This document shows positions 56,054-64,000 of a stretch of 64,000 nt of DNA, in pieces; the stretch's first letter is position 1; every line of letters starts with the position of its first letter. The position numbers and the translations under genes were made by a program. The stretch is taken from contig JAXDLW010000015.1 of NCBI GenBank assembly GCA_034666405.1, forward strand, positions 11,387 through 75,386, read 5' to 3'. The notes beneath the pieces are model-generated. The model was not told the DNA's origin, made no database searches, and worked only from the letters and a program-made list of their open reading frames with translations. The stretch comes from Chloroflexota bacterium (GTDB lineage: Bacteria; Chloroflexota; Dormibacteria; DASZGP01).

Positions 56054-57214
56054 GTGCCGAACTTCGGAGACCTTCAGAACGAGATCTACCTGGCCGGCCT
56101 CTCCGGCAGAGTGCCGTCACTCCCGATGTCATTTGCCGAGCTGGAGCGACGGGCCGAGCTGACCATGCCGGCGGGCACCTGGTCCTACGTGGCGGGCGGA
56201 GCCGGCGACGAGAACACCCAGCGCAGCAACCGCACGGCCTTCGACCACTGGGGCCTGGTGCCGCGGATGCTGCGGGCCAAAACTGAGAGGGACCTCTCGG
56301 TGAACCTGTTCGGGATGAGTCTGCCCACGCCCATCTTCATGGCCCCGATAGGGGTGATCGGGATCTGCACCCAGGACGGCCACGGCGACCTCGCGACAGC
56401 CCGCGCGGCAGCGTCAACCGGGGTGCCGATGGTGGCGTCGACCTTGAGCCAGGACCCGATGGAGGATGTCGCGGCCCAGTTCGGGGACACGCCCGGGTTC
56501 TTTCAGCTCTATTGCCCGACCGACCCGGAGGTCGCGGCCAGCCTGGTCCAGCGCGCCGAGGCGGCGGGTTATCGCGCGATCGTGGTCACCCTCGACACCT
56601 GGGTCACCGGCTGGCGCCCGCGGGACCTGGCCACCTCGAATTTCCCGCAACTGCGGGGTCGGTGCCTGCAGACCTACTTCTCGGACCCGGTGTTCCGCAG
56701 CCGGCTTGAGAAGTCCCCCGAGGAGGACCCCAGCACCGCGATCCTGGCCTGGGCGCTGATGTTCGGGCGACCGCTGGTCTGGGACGACCTCGCGTGGCTG
56801 CGCTCATTGACGAAGCTGCCGATGCTGATCAAGGGCGTTTGTCACCCCGAGGACGCGCGCCGGGCCGTCGACGAGGGCATCGACGGCATCTACGTGTCCA
56901 CCCATGGTGGCCGCCAGGCCAATGGCGGACTGGCGGCGATCGATTGCCTGGCTGACGTGGCGGAAGCGGTGCCGGGCGTGCCCGTCCTTTTCGACTCCGG
57001 CGTCCGCAGCGGCTCGGACGTGGTCAAGGCTCTCGCCCTCGGGGCGACGGCAGTGGGGATCGGCCGACCGTACGCCTACGCCGCCGCACTGGGCGGCACC
57101 GAGGGCATCGTGCACGTGCTCAAGACGATCCTGGCGGAGGCCGACCTGCTGATGGCGGTCGATGGCTATCCCACCATCGCTGACCTGAATCGGGACGCGA
57201 TCCGCCGCACCTGA
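56054..57214 (+). CDS. FMN-dependent alpha-hydroxy-acid oxidase / lactate 2-monooxygenase family
   Basis: 'SLPTPIFMAPIGV', 'LIKGVCHPEDARRAVDEGIDGIYVSTHGGRQ' and 'VLFDSGVRSGSDVVKALALGATAVGIGRP'. Confidence 0.85.
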   Translation: MPNFGDLQNEIYLAGLSGRVPSLPMSFAELERRAELTMPAGTWSYVAGGAGDENTQRSNRTAFDHWGLVPRMLRAKTERDLSVNLFGMSLPTPIFMAPIGVIGICTQDGHGDLATARAAASTGVPMVASTLSQDPMEDVAAQFGDTPGFFQLYCPTDPEVAASLVQRAEAAGYRAIVVTLDTWVTGWRPRDLATSNFPQLRGRCLQTYFSDPVFRSRLEKSPEEDPSTAILAWALMFGRPLVWDDLAWLRSLTKLPMLIKGVCHPEDARRAVDEGIDGIYVSTHGGRQANGGLAAIDCLADVAEAVPGVPVLFDSGVRSGSDVVKALALGATAVGIGRPYAYAAALGGTEGIVHVLKTILAEADLLMAVDGYPTIADLNRDAIRRT

Positions 57215-57220
57215 TCCAGT

Positions 57221-57826
57221 TCAGCTGGCCGCTTTGGTCCCGACCCCGATGAGGAAATCCTCGAAGAACAGCGTCACACAGGCCTGGCCCACGGCAATGC
57301 CTCGTTCCTCGAGTGCCGCGACGAAGGCCCCGGCCGTGAACCGGTCATTCTCCGGGTGCTCGAGGAAGGTGCGGGAGGCCCAACGCCGGAGGGCGTGGCT
57401 GGTGACCTCCTCGAAGTAGAAGCGGCCGCCCGGCCGCAGCACCCGTTCGACCTCGTCCAGCGCCATCCGCCAGTCCGGGACGTGGTGGATGATCCCGAAT
57501 TCGAACACCGCGTCAAAGGACTTGTCTGGCGCGTCGATCGCGGTGACATCCCCCACGGACAACTTCACCCGGTCCTCGAGGCGCGCCAGCCGGCGTCGGG
57601 CGCGCGCCACCATGTCCTCGTCGAGGTCGAAGGCCGCGACATGGGCCGCCCCGAAGCGCTCGATGATCAGCCGGGTGCCGACGCCCCGCCCGCAGCCCAC
57701 TTCGAGTACTCGGGCACCATCCATGCGTCCTCCGAGGCCCATCAGCAGGTGGGTCTCGTACGTACGCTGCACCGCCATGCGGACCGGGTTGTTCATCAGC
57801 GCCTTCTCGACGCGGTTTAGCTTCAC
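57221..57826 (-). CDS. Class I SAM-dependent methyltransferase
   Basis: Motif I 'VLEVGCGRGVG' and post-I 'AFDLDEDMV'. Confidence 0.8.
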   Translation of the reverse strand: MKLNRVEKALMNNPVRMAVQRTYETHLLMGLGGRMDGARVLEVGCGRGVGTRLIIERFGAAHVAAFDLDEDMVARARRRLARLEDRVKLSVGDVTAIDAPDKSFDAVFEFGIIHHVPDWRMALDEVERVLRPGGRFYFEEVTSHALRRWASRTFLEHPENDRFTAGAFVAALEERGIAVGQACVTLFFEDFLIGVGTKAAS

Positions 57827-57871
57827 CGGTGCGCCGCGCCGGCGTAGGGGATCGAGATGACGGCCTAGGCC

Positions 57872-59692
57872 TTACGCGGGAACCAACCCGCGCGCGCTGT
57901 GCGGCGCCATCGATTCCTCCCTGGCGAAGGCGCGGTAGGCCAGGGCGGTGCTGGTCACCCACGCCAGCAGCACCACCCCGAACAGGCCCGTGATCACGAT
58001 GGCCGGCCAGGCGACGCCGTCCTTGAACTCGCGCATCAGGTAGTGACTGGACGGGGCGAAGGCCGTGGTGCCGGCTGCGACGCCGTCCAATGCCGGCAGG
58101 TTGAACCCGGGGTCTGGCGGCATCGCCACCGGCACCGCCTCGACCACGTTGCCGCGGTGAAGGATCGCGAGGCTCTTCCAGGTGCCACCGGTGGGCACGG
58201 CGCCCTCGGTGCGAAACTCGCCCGGGCCGGTGGCGACGAGCCGCACGTGCCTCACCTTCTCATCCGGCCCGCCCTGCCAGGCCATGACCTCGAAGAAGTC
58301 GGCGCCCTGGGCCGCGGTCTGCGGGTCGAGCTTGATGGTGAGGGCGACGTTGCGCGAGATCGTGGCCACGCCGTCCCGGTTCACCAGTGGGTACGGCGTC
58401 CCGACGGTGGTTGCGCCAAGGGTGACACGAGCAGGATCGGCGTGGCGGCTCCCGATATTGACAAGGAGGAGGCCAAACATCCCGACCAGGGCCAGGGCGA
58501 CCAATGCGGCCCGAACAGGCGAACGCCGGCCCAGGAGAGCGCTGCCCATCGCCGCGCCCACGACCGCGGCCAGCAGGCCGCCGGCCACGAACATCCAGGT
58601 GTAGGCGAGCATGCCCGACTGCCACGGGTACGGGAACCAGGCCCCGACCCAGGCCGCCTCCGCGGCGAGACCCGCCGTGCCGACCAGGACCCCGCTGGCG
58701 AGCGCCTGCCAGAGCAGGCCACGTCCGCGGAGGAGCCAGAACGCCGCTTCGACGCTCACTGCGGCACCCAGGTACAGCGGGAAATGAGGGAGGCTGCGGC
58801 CCAGGATCCCGCCCACGAGCAGCGCCATGAGAATGCGCAGTGTGACAAACACCGCTGTTGCGACGAGTGCCCCGCCCCGGCCGATGGCCGCGCGGGCCGC
58901 GACCAGCGAGATCCCGCCGGCGACCGCGATGAGAAGGGGGTGATAGAAGGCCTGCCACTGCGGGATGCCCATGTCGAACTCGAGTTGCAAGGTGGACAGG
59001 CCGACCAGGACCACGCCGGCCATGAAGGCCCACAGCGCCCTTCCCTTGCGGGTGCCCGGGGCGCCGGCTTCGGACAGCAGCAGCCACAGGGCCAGCGGCG
59101 ACAACGAGGCGCCGCCGATCATGAGGAGGTGGGTCGGGCTCCACATCGTAACGTCGATCCCGTACGCGGCGTGCCAGGCATCGTCGAGCGGGAATCCCAG
59201 CAGGGCGCCCGCGCCGATCACGAAAAGCGCGACGGATGCGTACGGCACATGCCAGCGGCGGATCCGCCAACCGGTGGGGGCGTGGTTGCGAGTCGCCGAC
59301 CAGCCCGCGACCAGCGCGGTCAGCACCAGCCCGCCGAGGCCGACGAGGATGAGCACATGGGGGACCGTGAAGAGTTCCTTGTCGCGGCCCGTGTCAGCGT
59401 GCCAACCGACGTCCCAGACGAAGCCGATGAAGGCGGTGAGCAGGGCCCAGAGCCCGATGCTCACGGGGACGGCGGCCCAGCCTGGGACACCCTGGACGCG
59501 CTCCGCTCCCGACTCGACCCGGTCCATGACGCCGTCGACGCCCCGGGCGTCCGACGCCGTGCCGAGCCTGTGCTGCAGGGCGAGCTGGCCCGCGAACAGG
59601 GCGAAGGACCCCACCACGAAAAACCATTCCGCGGGTCTCGCGGTCTGCACCGCGAAGCTTCCACCCAGGGCGTTGGGATCCAAGAAACCCAC
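57872..59692 (-). CDS. Large polytopic membrane protein (hypothetical), ~606 aa
   Basis: At least 12 hydrophobic helices and a ~170-aa C-terminal soluble region. Lies 100 nt downstream of the ECF sigma gene on the same strand. Confidence 0.5.
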   Translation of the reverse strand: MGFLDPNALGGSFAVQTARPAEWFFVVGSFALFAGQLALQHRLGTASDARGVDGVMDRVESGAERVQGVPGWAAVPVSIGLWALLTAFIGFVWDVGWHADTGRDKELFTVPHVLILVGLGGLVLTALVAGWSATRNHAPTGWRIRRWHVPYASVALFVIGAGALLGFPLDDAWHAAYGIDVTMWSPTHLLMIGGASLSPLALWLLLSEAGAPGTRKGRALWAFMAGVVLVGLSTLQLEFDMGIPQWQAFYHPLLIAVAGGISLVAARAAIGRGGALVATAVFVTLRILMALLVGGILGRSLPHFPLYLGAAVSVEAAFWLLRGRGLLWQALASGVLVGTAGLAAEAAWVGAWFPYPWQSGMLAYTWMFVAGGLLAAVVGAAMGSALLGRRSPVRAALVALALVGMFGLLLVNIGSRHADPARVTLGATTVGTPYPLVNRDGVATISRNVALTIKLDPQTAAQGADFFEVMAWQGGPDEKVRHVRLVATGPGEFRTEGAVPTGGTWKSLAILHRGNVVEAVPVAMPPDPGFNLPALDGVAAGTTAFAPSSHYLMREFKDGVAWPAIVITGLFGVVLLAWVTSTALAYRAFAREESMAPHSARGLVPA

Positions 59693-59791
59693 CTCGCCAC
59701 CTCCTATTGCGGGCCCGGGCCGGGCACCGTCAACAACGACTATACGACATAAAACGATGATACATCAATAGGTGATACATAAATCGCAAGT

Positions 59792-61024
59792 TCACATCCC
59801 GTCGCTGACACGGGCCGCCCGCGACGCCAGGTACCGACGCTGCGGGACGCTGGTCGTCCTCTCGGCGGCCACGCGGTAGGCGTCTCGCGCGCCGTGGCTG
59901 TCGCCCGACATCTCGAGCAGGTGCGCTCGGACAGCGTGCAGCCGGTGGTCGCCCGCGACCCGCTCGTCCGACTCCAGGTTCGCCAGCACGTCCAGTCCCG
60001 CCCCGGGGCCATCGACCATGGCGACGGCGACAGCGCGGTTGAGAGCCACCACCGGGTTGTCGGTGATGTCCATGACGAGGTCGTACAGGGCCAGGATCCG
60101 CGGCCAATCGGTCGCCGCGGCGTCAGCTGCCTCGTCGTGGACCGCGGCGATCGCGGCCTGGAGTTGATAGGTACCGGATGCCCCACCCAACTGGTCGTCC
60201 CGAACCAGGGCCAAGCCCTCCGCGATGTACCCCGCCTTCCAGGTGCCGCGGTCCTGCTCGGCCATCGGGATCAAGTCGCCGTCCGGCCCGGTACGCGCCG
60301 GCCGGCGGGCATCGGTGAGGAGCATCAGGGCCAGCAGCCCTGACACCTCAGGGTCGTCGGGCAGCAACCGATGAACCATGCGTGCCAGCCGGATGGCCTC
60401 AGTTGAAAGCTCCGCGCGATGGAGCGTTGGTCCCGATGTGCTCGCGTACCCCTCGTTGAAAACCAGGTAAATCACGTGGAGCACCGCCGCGAGTCGTTCC
60501 CCGCGTTCGACACCCCGCGGCATGCGGAAGGGGATACCGCTCTCCTTGATGGACTGTTTGGCCCTGGTGATGCGGCGGGTCATGGTCGCCTCCGGGACCA
60601 GGAACGCCCGGGCGATCTCGCTGGTGGTGAGGCCGCCCACCGCGCGCAGGGTGAGCGCGATCTGCGATGCCGGCGAGAGTGAGGGATGGCAGCACATGAA
60701 CAGGAGGATGAGCGAATCGTCGGATTCCGTCGGCGGCGAGTCGGCCGGGGCAGCGAGCCATTCTCCGGGCAGGGTCCACCGGGCGACAGCATCCTCACGG
60801 CGGCGTCGCGCCTGATCGCCCCGCAGCAGGTCGGTCAACCTGCGCGATGCCACGGTGACCAGCCAGCCCCGGGCGCTTCCTGGGATGCCTTCCACCGGCC
60901 ATTGGGTGGCCGCCGCGAGCAGCGCCTCCTGGGTCGCGTCTTCGGCCAGGTCGATGTGCCCGAAACGGCGAACGACCGCGCCGAGGACCTGCGGCGCCAG
61001 GTCGCGCAGCAGGTCCTCGACCAC
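59792..61024 (-). CDS. ECF-type sigma-70 factor with ~230-aa C-terminal extension (DUF6596-like)
   Basis: Region 2 'DLAEDATQEALLAAATQWP' and region 4 'IALTLRAVGGLTTSEIARAFLVPEATMTRRITRAKQSI'. The start is taken at GTG 61024 just after the YciI stop; the listed ORF to 61177 overlaps the YciI gene. Confidence 0.7.
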   Translation of the reverse strand: MVEDLLRDLAPQVLGAVVRRFGHIDLAEDATQEALLAAATQWPVEGIPGSARGWLVTVASRRLTDLLRGDQARRRREDAVARWTLPGEWLAAPADSPPTESDDSLILLFMCCHPSLSPASQIALTLRAVGGLTTSEIARAFLVPEATMTRRITRAKQSIKESGIPFRMPRGVERGERLAAVLHVIYLVFNEGYASTSGPTLHRAELSTEAIRLARMVHRLLPDDPEVSGLLALMLLTDARRPARTGPDGDLIPMAEQDRGTWKAGYIAEGLALVRDDQLGGASGTYQLQAAIAAVHDEAADAAATDWPRILALYDLVMDITDNPVVALNRAVAVAMVDGPGAGLDVLANLESDERVAGDHRLHAVRAHLLEMSGDSHGARDAYRVAAERTTSVPQRRYLASRAARVSDGM

Positions 61025-61044
61025 GGGTTCGGGCTGCAGCGCGG

Positions 61045-61488
61045 TCAGATGTCCAGCTCGTCCATCGAGTCGGCGATCGGCCTGACATCGGCATAGCCGT
61101 CCGCGAAGATGTCGCCGGGACTGGGGCAACCGGCCAGGCGCCCCGCGATCTCGGTCGCGCGGTCGAAGCTTTCGCATTCGACGATCCAGTAGCCCGCAAG
61201 GACCTCCTGGGTCTCGGCGTACGGCCCGTCGGTCACCACAGGTGAACCCTTCTGACCGTGGACCCGCCGGGCATGGACCGGGGCGGTCAGGCCCCGGGTG
61301 TCGACAAGCTCACCCGACTTCTCGAGGTCCTCGTTGAAGGCCTGCATGAATGCACCCATTGGCGCGAAGTCCTCGGGCGACAGTGATGGGCCATCGGTGG
61401 CCTTGCCGGTCATCACGTCGTAATCGCGCTGCGAGCCATAGGTCTGGATCATGAACTTCATGGTTTCTCCTCTGTGCCGGCACCTCAA
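61045..61488 (-). CDS. YciI-like (YCII-related / DGPF) domain protein
   Basis: 'MKFMIQTYGSQRDYD...GPYAETQEVLAGYWIVECESFDRATEIA'. Confidence 0.8.
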   Translation of the reverse strand: MRCRHRGETMKFMIQTYGSQRDYDVMTGKATDGPSLSPEDFAPMGAFMQAFNEDLEKSGELVDTRGLTAPVHARRVHGQKGSPVVTDGPYAETQEVLAGYWIVECESFDRATEIAGRLAGCPSPGDIFADGYADVRPIADSMDELDI

Positions 61489-61598
61489 TAGTGCCTCTCA
61501 AAGGGGATGTCGAGGCCGGGCCCCGGTTCCGGACATCGCCCGGCTGTTCGAAACCCGCTCTGGACGGATCCATCCCGCCAGGCAGGGGAAGTGGGTGG

Positions 61599-62267
61599 TC
61601 AGCCGCCCACGGTGGGCGCTGGTTCGCGGGAAACCAGTTTGATGAGGTCCGCTGCCCTGTGCCCGGCGCCGAACACGAGGCCATCGGGCTCAAGCGCCCT
61701 TCCGGCGTCGAGGCTTCCGGCATTCACGGGGTCGAACCCGAGCCGGTCGATCAACTCCAGCACCCTGGTCACTGCAGCCGTGTCGTCGCCCGCCGCGGCG
61801 ATCGCGATGCGGCCCGGGGCGCCGGTTGGACGGCGGCTCTTCTCGAACTTGAAGTAGCCGAGGTGGTTGAGGCTTTTCACGACCCTCGCGGAGGAGAACC
61901 ATGACTGGACGACGGGGCTCGTGCCAGTGGCTGCACCGGTGAGCCCCGGGTCGACGCCGTCTGTCTCTTCCCAGTAGTTCATGGTGTCGACGAGGATCTT
62001 GCCCGCGAACAGGTCGCGCGAAAGGTCGCGAAAGCGGTGCATCGGTATCGCCAGGACGAGAAGGTCCGAGTGTCGCACCACTTCGTCGGTTGAGCCCGCG
62101 TGGGCCCCGGGAGCCAGGACATCGACGATGAGCTCGATGCGCTCGGCGGGCCCCGACCCTGATATGACGACGTCGTACCCGGCCTCCACGGCGGCGCGCG
62201 CGATCGCCGTGCCGACCTTGCCGGACCCGACGATGCCGAGGTGGTCAGCACCCGCGGGGCTAGTCAC
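61599..62267 (-). CDS. NADP oxidoreductase, coenzyme-F420-dependent family (Rossmann fold)
   Basis: 'LGIVGSGKVGTAIARAAVEAGYDVVIS' dinucleotide fold with PF03807-like length and tail. Overlaps the upstream LLM gene by 8 nt. Confidence 0.65.
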   Translation of the reverse strand: MTSPAGADHLGIVGSGKVGTAIARAAVEAGYDVVISGSGPAERIELIVDVLAPGAHAGSTDEVVRHSDLLVLAIPMHRFRDLSRDLFAGKILVDTMNYWEETDGVDPGLTGAATGTSPVVQSWFSSARVVKSLNHLGYFKFEKSRRPTGAPGRIAIAAAGDDTAAVTRVLELIDRLGFDPVNAGSLDAGRALEPDGLVFGAGHRAADLIKLVSREPAPTVGG

Positions 62268-63342
62268 GGGAGGCCCCGGCGCCCGCGGTGGCGGGTTCCT
62301 CGATCGGCTCCGCCAGCAGTTCCCTGACGCGCGGAATCACCTCCCGCCCATAGAGCTCGATGGTGGCCATCTTCTGCTCGTGGGGCACGCGTCCCGTGGC
62401 ATATGCCAGGTCGAAGCGGCTGAGCCCGAGCAGGCGAATGACCCAGGCGATCTTGCTGGCAACGGTCTCGACCGAACCGAGGTAGACCGATCCCTCATCG
62501 ATCTCGGCCTGGAATCGTGCCATCGAGGGCGGCGCCCAGCCGCGTTCCTTCGCCGCGTTTTCGAAAACATGGGCCCAGTGCGGCCACTGGATATCGACCG
62601 CCTCCTGGTCGGTCCGGGCCACGAGCCCATGCGAATGCATGCCAATCTTGAGCGGCGGGTACCCGTACTTGTCCAGCGCACGCTTGTAGAGCTCGACCAG
62701 GGGGGCGAAGCGGCCGGGCGGTCCGCCGATAACCGCGAGCATCAGGGGGAGGCCGTAGCGTGCGGCCCGGATCACTGACTGGGGGCTTCCGCCGACGCCA
62801 ACCCACAGCGGCACATGACCCTGGGGGAGGGGAGGACTGAGGTACTGGTCGGTGAGGGGCGACCGGAACTTTCCCGACCACGTCACCGGTTGGTCTCGGA
62901 GCAGCCGGGTCAGGAGGTCGAGTTTCTCCTCGAAGAGGTCTTCGTAATCCGTCAGGTCGTAGCCGAAAAGTGGAAACGACTCGATGAGCGAGCCGCGGCC
63001 GGCGATCAGCTGGGCCCGTCCATTCGAGACGGCGTCCAGGGTTGCGAACTCCGTGTACACGCGGACCGGGTCCTGGGTGCTCAGCACGGTCACCGCCGTC
63101 CCCAGCCGGATCTGCCTGGTGCGCCCGGCGATCGTGGCCAGGATGATGCTGGCCGCGGAGTCCATCATGTCGCTGCGGTAGTGCTCCGCGATGTTGAACG
63201 AGTCGATGCCGACCTCATCCGCGAGCACCGCCTCCTCGACTGTGTTGCGGATGACCGCATCGCCGGACAACTCCTGGCCGGAGTCATCCACGCTGATGGG
63301 CACGAAGGAGTCCAATCCGAACTCGATTTCCTGGCTGTTCAT
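62260..63342 (-). CDS. LLM-class (luciferase-like) flavin-dependent oxidoreductase
   Basis: 'FGLDSFVPI...FNIAEHYRSDM', 'LGTAVTVLSTQDPVRVYTEFATLDAVSNGRAQLIAGRGS'. Confidence 0.8.
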   Translation of the reverse strand: MNSQEIEFGLDSFVPISVDDSGQELSGDAVIRNTVEEAVLADEVGIDSFNIAEHYRSDMMDSAASIILATIAGRTRQIRLGTAVTVLSTQDPVRVYTEFATLDAVSNGRAQLIAGRGSLIESFPLFGYDLTDYEDLFEEKLDLLTRLLRDQPVTWSGKFRSPLTDQYLSPPLPQGHVPLWVGVGGSPQSVIRAARYGLPLMLAVIGGPPGRFAPLVELYKRALDKYGYPPLKIGMHSHGLVARTDQEAVDIQWPHWAHVFENAAKERGWAPPSMARFQAEIDEGSVYLGSVETVASKIAWVIRLLGLSRFDLAYATGRVPHEQKMATIELYGREVIPRVRELLAEPIEEPATAGAGASRD

Positions 63343-63405
63343 TGTTTGGCTTCCCCTGAGTGAGCGGACTACTTGCAGTTACAAATAACCCTACGCTAGA
63401 ATTTA

Positions 63406-63417
63406 TTGCATATGCAA
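63406..63417. promoter_or_regulatory. Perfect 12-bp palindrome TTGCATATGCAA centred on the MarR start codon (putative autoregulatory operator)
   Basis: Located in the 69-bp divergent region between the LLM and MarR genes. A second degenerate copy TTGCAGTTACAA sits at 63373-63384. Confidence 0.45.
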
Positions 63418-63912
63418 GCAACGGCCCCGCCACGCACGCGAGCAAACCTGTCCCGCCTGATCGACGAAGCCGTTCCAGGTCGCCGGGGCCTGGAAGCCTG
63501 GCGAGCCCTCCTTGAGGCGCATGCCACGCTGATGCGCCAGCTCCAGACCGATCTGCTCGGCAAGACCGGCCTCGACCTCAACGACTTCGACGTGGTCTCG
63601 CAACTGGCGGAGGCGGGTGGCGCGCTGCGGATGACAGAACTCGCAGCGCGGGCGTTCTCGTCGCGGTCGGGCCTGACCCGCCGGGTCGACCGGCTGGTGG
63701 AGGAGGGACTTGTCCGCCGGACCGTTGCCGACGGCGACGGTCGTGGCATCGTGGTCACTTTGACGGATGCAGGGGCGGCACGGGTCGCGGAGACCGTTCC
63801 GGTCCACCTCCGCGGGGTCGCCGAGCTGTTCATGTCGAAGCTGGACGACAACGAGCTTGCGGTACTCGAGAGGGCCCTGAAGAAGGTGATCCTCGACTGC
63901 ACCTTCGGCTGA
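63412..63912 (+). CDS. MarR-family transcriptional regulator
   Basis: wHTH 'LNDFDVVSQLAEAGGALRMTELAARAFSSRSGLTRRVDRLVEEGLVRRTVADGDGRGIVVTLTDAG'. ATG at 63412. Confidence 0.8.
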   Translation: MQATAPPRTRANLSRLIDEAVPGRRGLEAWRALLEAHATLMRQLQTDLLGKTGLDLNDFDVVSQLAEAGGALRMTELAARAFSSRSGLTRRVDRLVEEGLVRRTVADGDGRGIVVTLTDAGAARVAETVPVHLRGVAELFMSKLDDNELAVLERALKKVILDCTFG

Positions 63913-63938
63913 CGGCTCAGGACCCCGTACGCCGAGGC

Positions 63939-64000
63939 GTGGCGTACCACGAGGCCGGCCATGCCGTGGTCGGCACGGCGCTGGGCCTCAACGTCCTCGG
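63939..64000 (+). CDS. Partial CDS (5' end only): putative zinc metallopeptidase, HEXXH
   Basis: 'VAYHEAGHAVVGTALGLNVL' contains an HEAGH motif identical in context to the FtsH/M41 zinc site. The start is unclear and the window ends after 20 codons. Confidence 0.3.
   Translation, partial: MAYHEAGHAVVGTALGLNVL

Overview
This 64 kb window is high-GC (about 70%) chromosomal DNA from an actinobacterium-like genome, judging by the many TetR/MarR regulators, F420-type enzymes, a P450 and an HmgA. It is gene-dense, and I could support about 60 coding regions. No rRNA, no intact tRNA, no CRISPR array and no transposase or integrase were recognisable.

Content along the window:
- **164-7963 (-):** a four-gene uptake/hydrolysis operon. 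It encodes a Pro-rich secreted protein, a signal-anchored binding protein, one ~1258-aa polypeptide that contains two HAAT permease domains plus two ATPase domains, and an amidohydrolase.
- **8095-16137 (+):** an aromatic-compound catabolic cluster. It holds an FAD monooxygenase, an EntE/DhbE-like aryl-AMP ligase, an FAH-family hydrolase, a TetR regulator, translationally coupled P450, ferredoxin and extradiol dioxygenase, and an alpha/beta hydrolase.
- **16335-18328:** a 31-nt tRNA-Gly 3'-end fragment, immediately followed by an RHH-PIN toxin-antitoxin pair and a convergent membrane protein. This looks like a small mobile-element scar.
- **18501-22670:** an MFS transporter, a MarR regulator with an apparent frameshift, an F420-type deazaflavin nitroreductase, and a TetR regulator with palindromic operators facing a tautomerase-like gene.
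- **22990-26026 (-):** a signalling node made of a REC-EAL phosphodiesterase with a NarL-type regulator (one bicistron) plus a PAS-GAF-LuxR regulator. No cognate histidine kinase is adjacent.
- **26405-31339:** a secreted Ser/Thr-rich protein with a surface-anchored partner, a cysteine-dioxygenase-like cupin coupled to a rhodanese, and an Imm-5-like immunity-domain protein. The Imm-5-like gene's start overlaps the start of a novel Cys-rich membrane protein whose cytoplasmic tail is encoded by a 210-bp tandem repeat.
- **31393-63912:** assorted regulators and enzymes. Notable items are an orphan HisKA_3 sensor kinase, a TetR-'toast-rack' fusion, a rifampicin-phosphotransferase-like PEP enzyme next to HmgA, a His-rich protein, and secreted tannase-like and LVIVD-propeller proteins with C-terminal membrane/basic tails. 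An ABC-2 exporter with its TetR, Xth, an ECF sigma factor with YciI and a polytopic membrane protein, and an F420-linked reductase with an LLM oxidoreductase also lie here.

All calls rest on motif-level reading of the six-frame translations and were not verified by database search.
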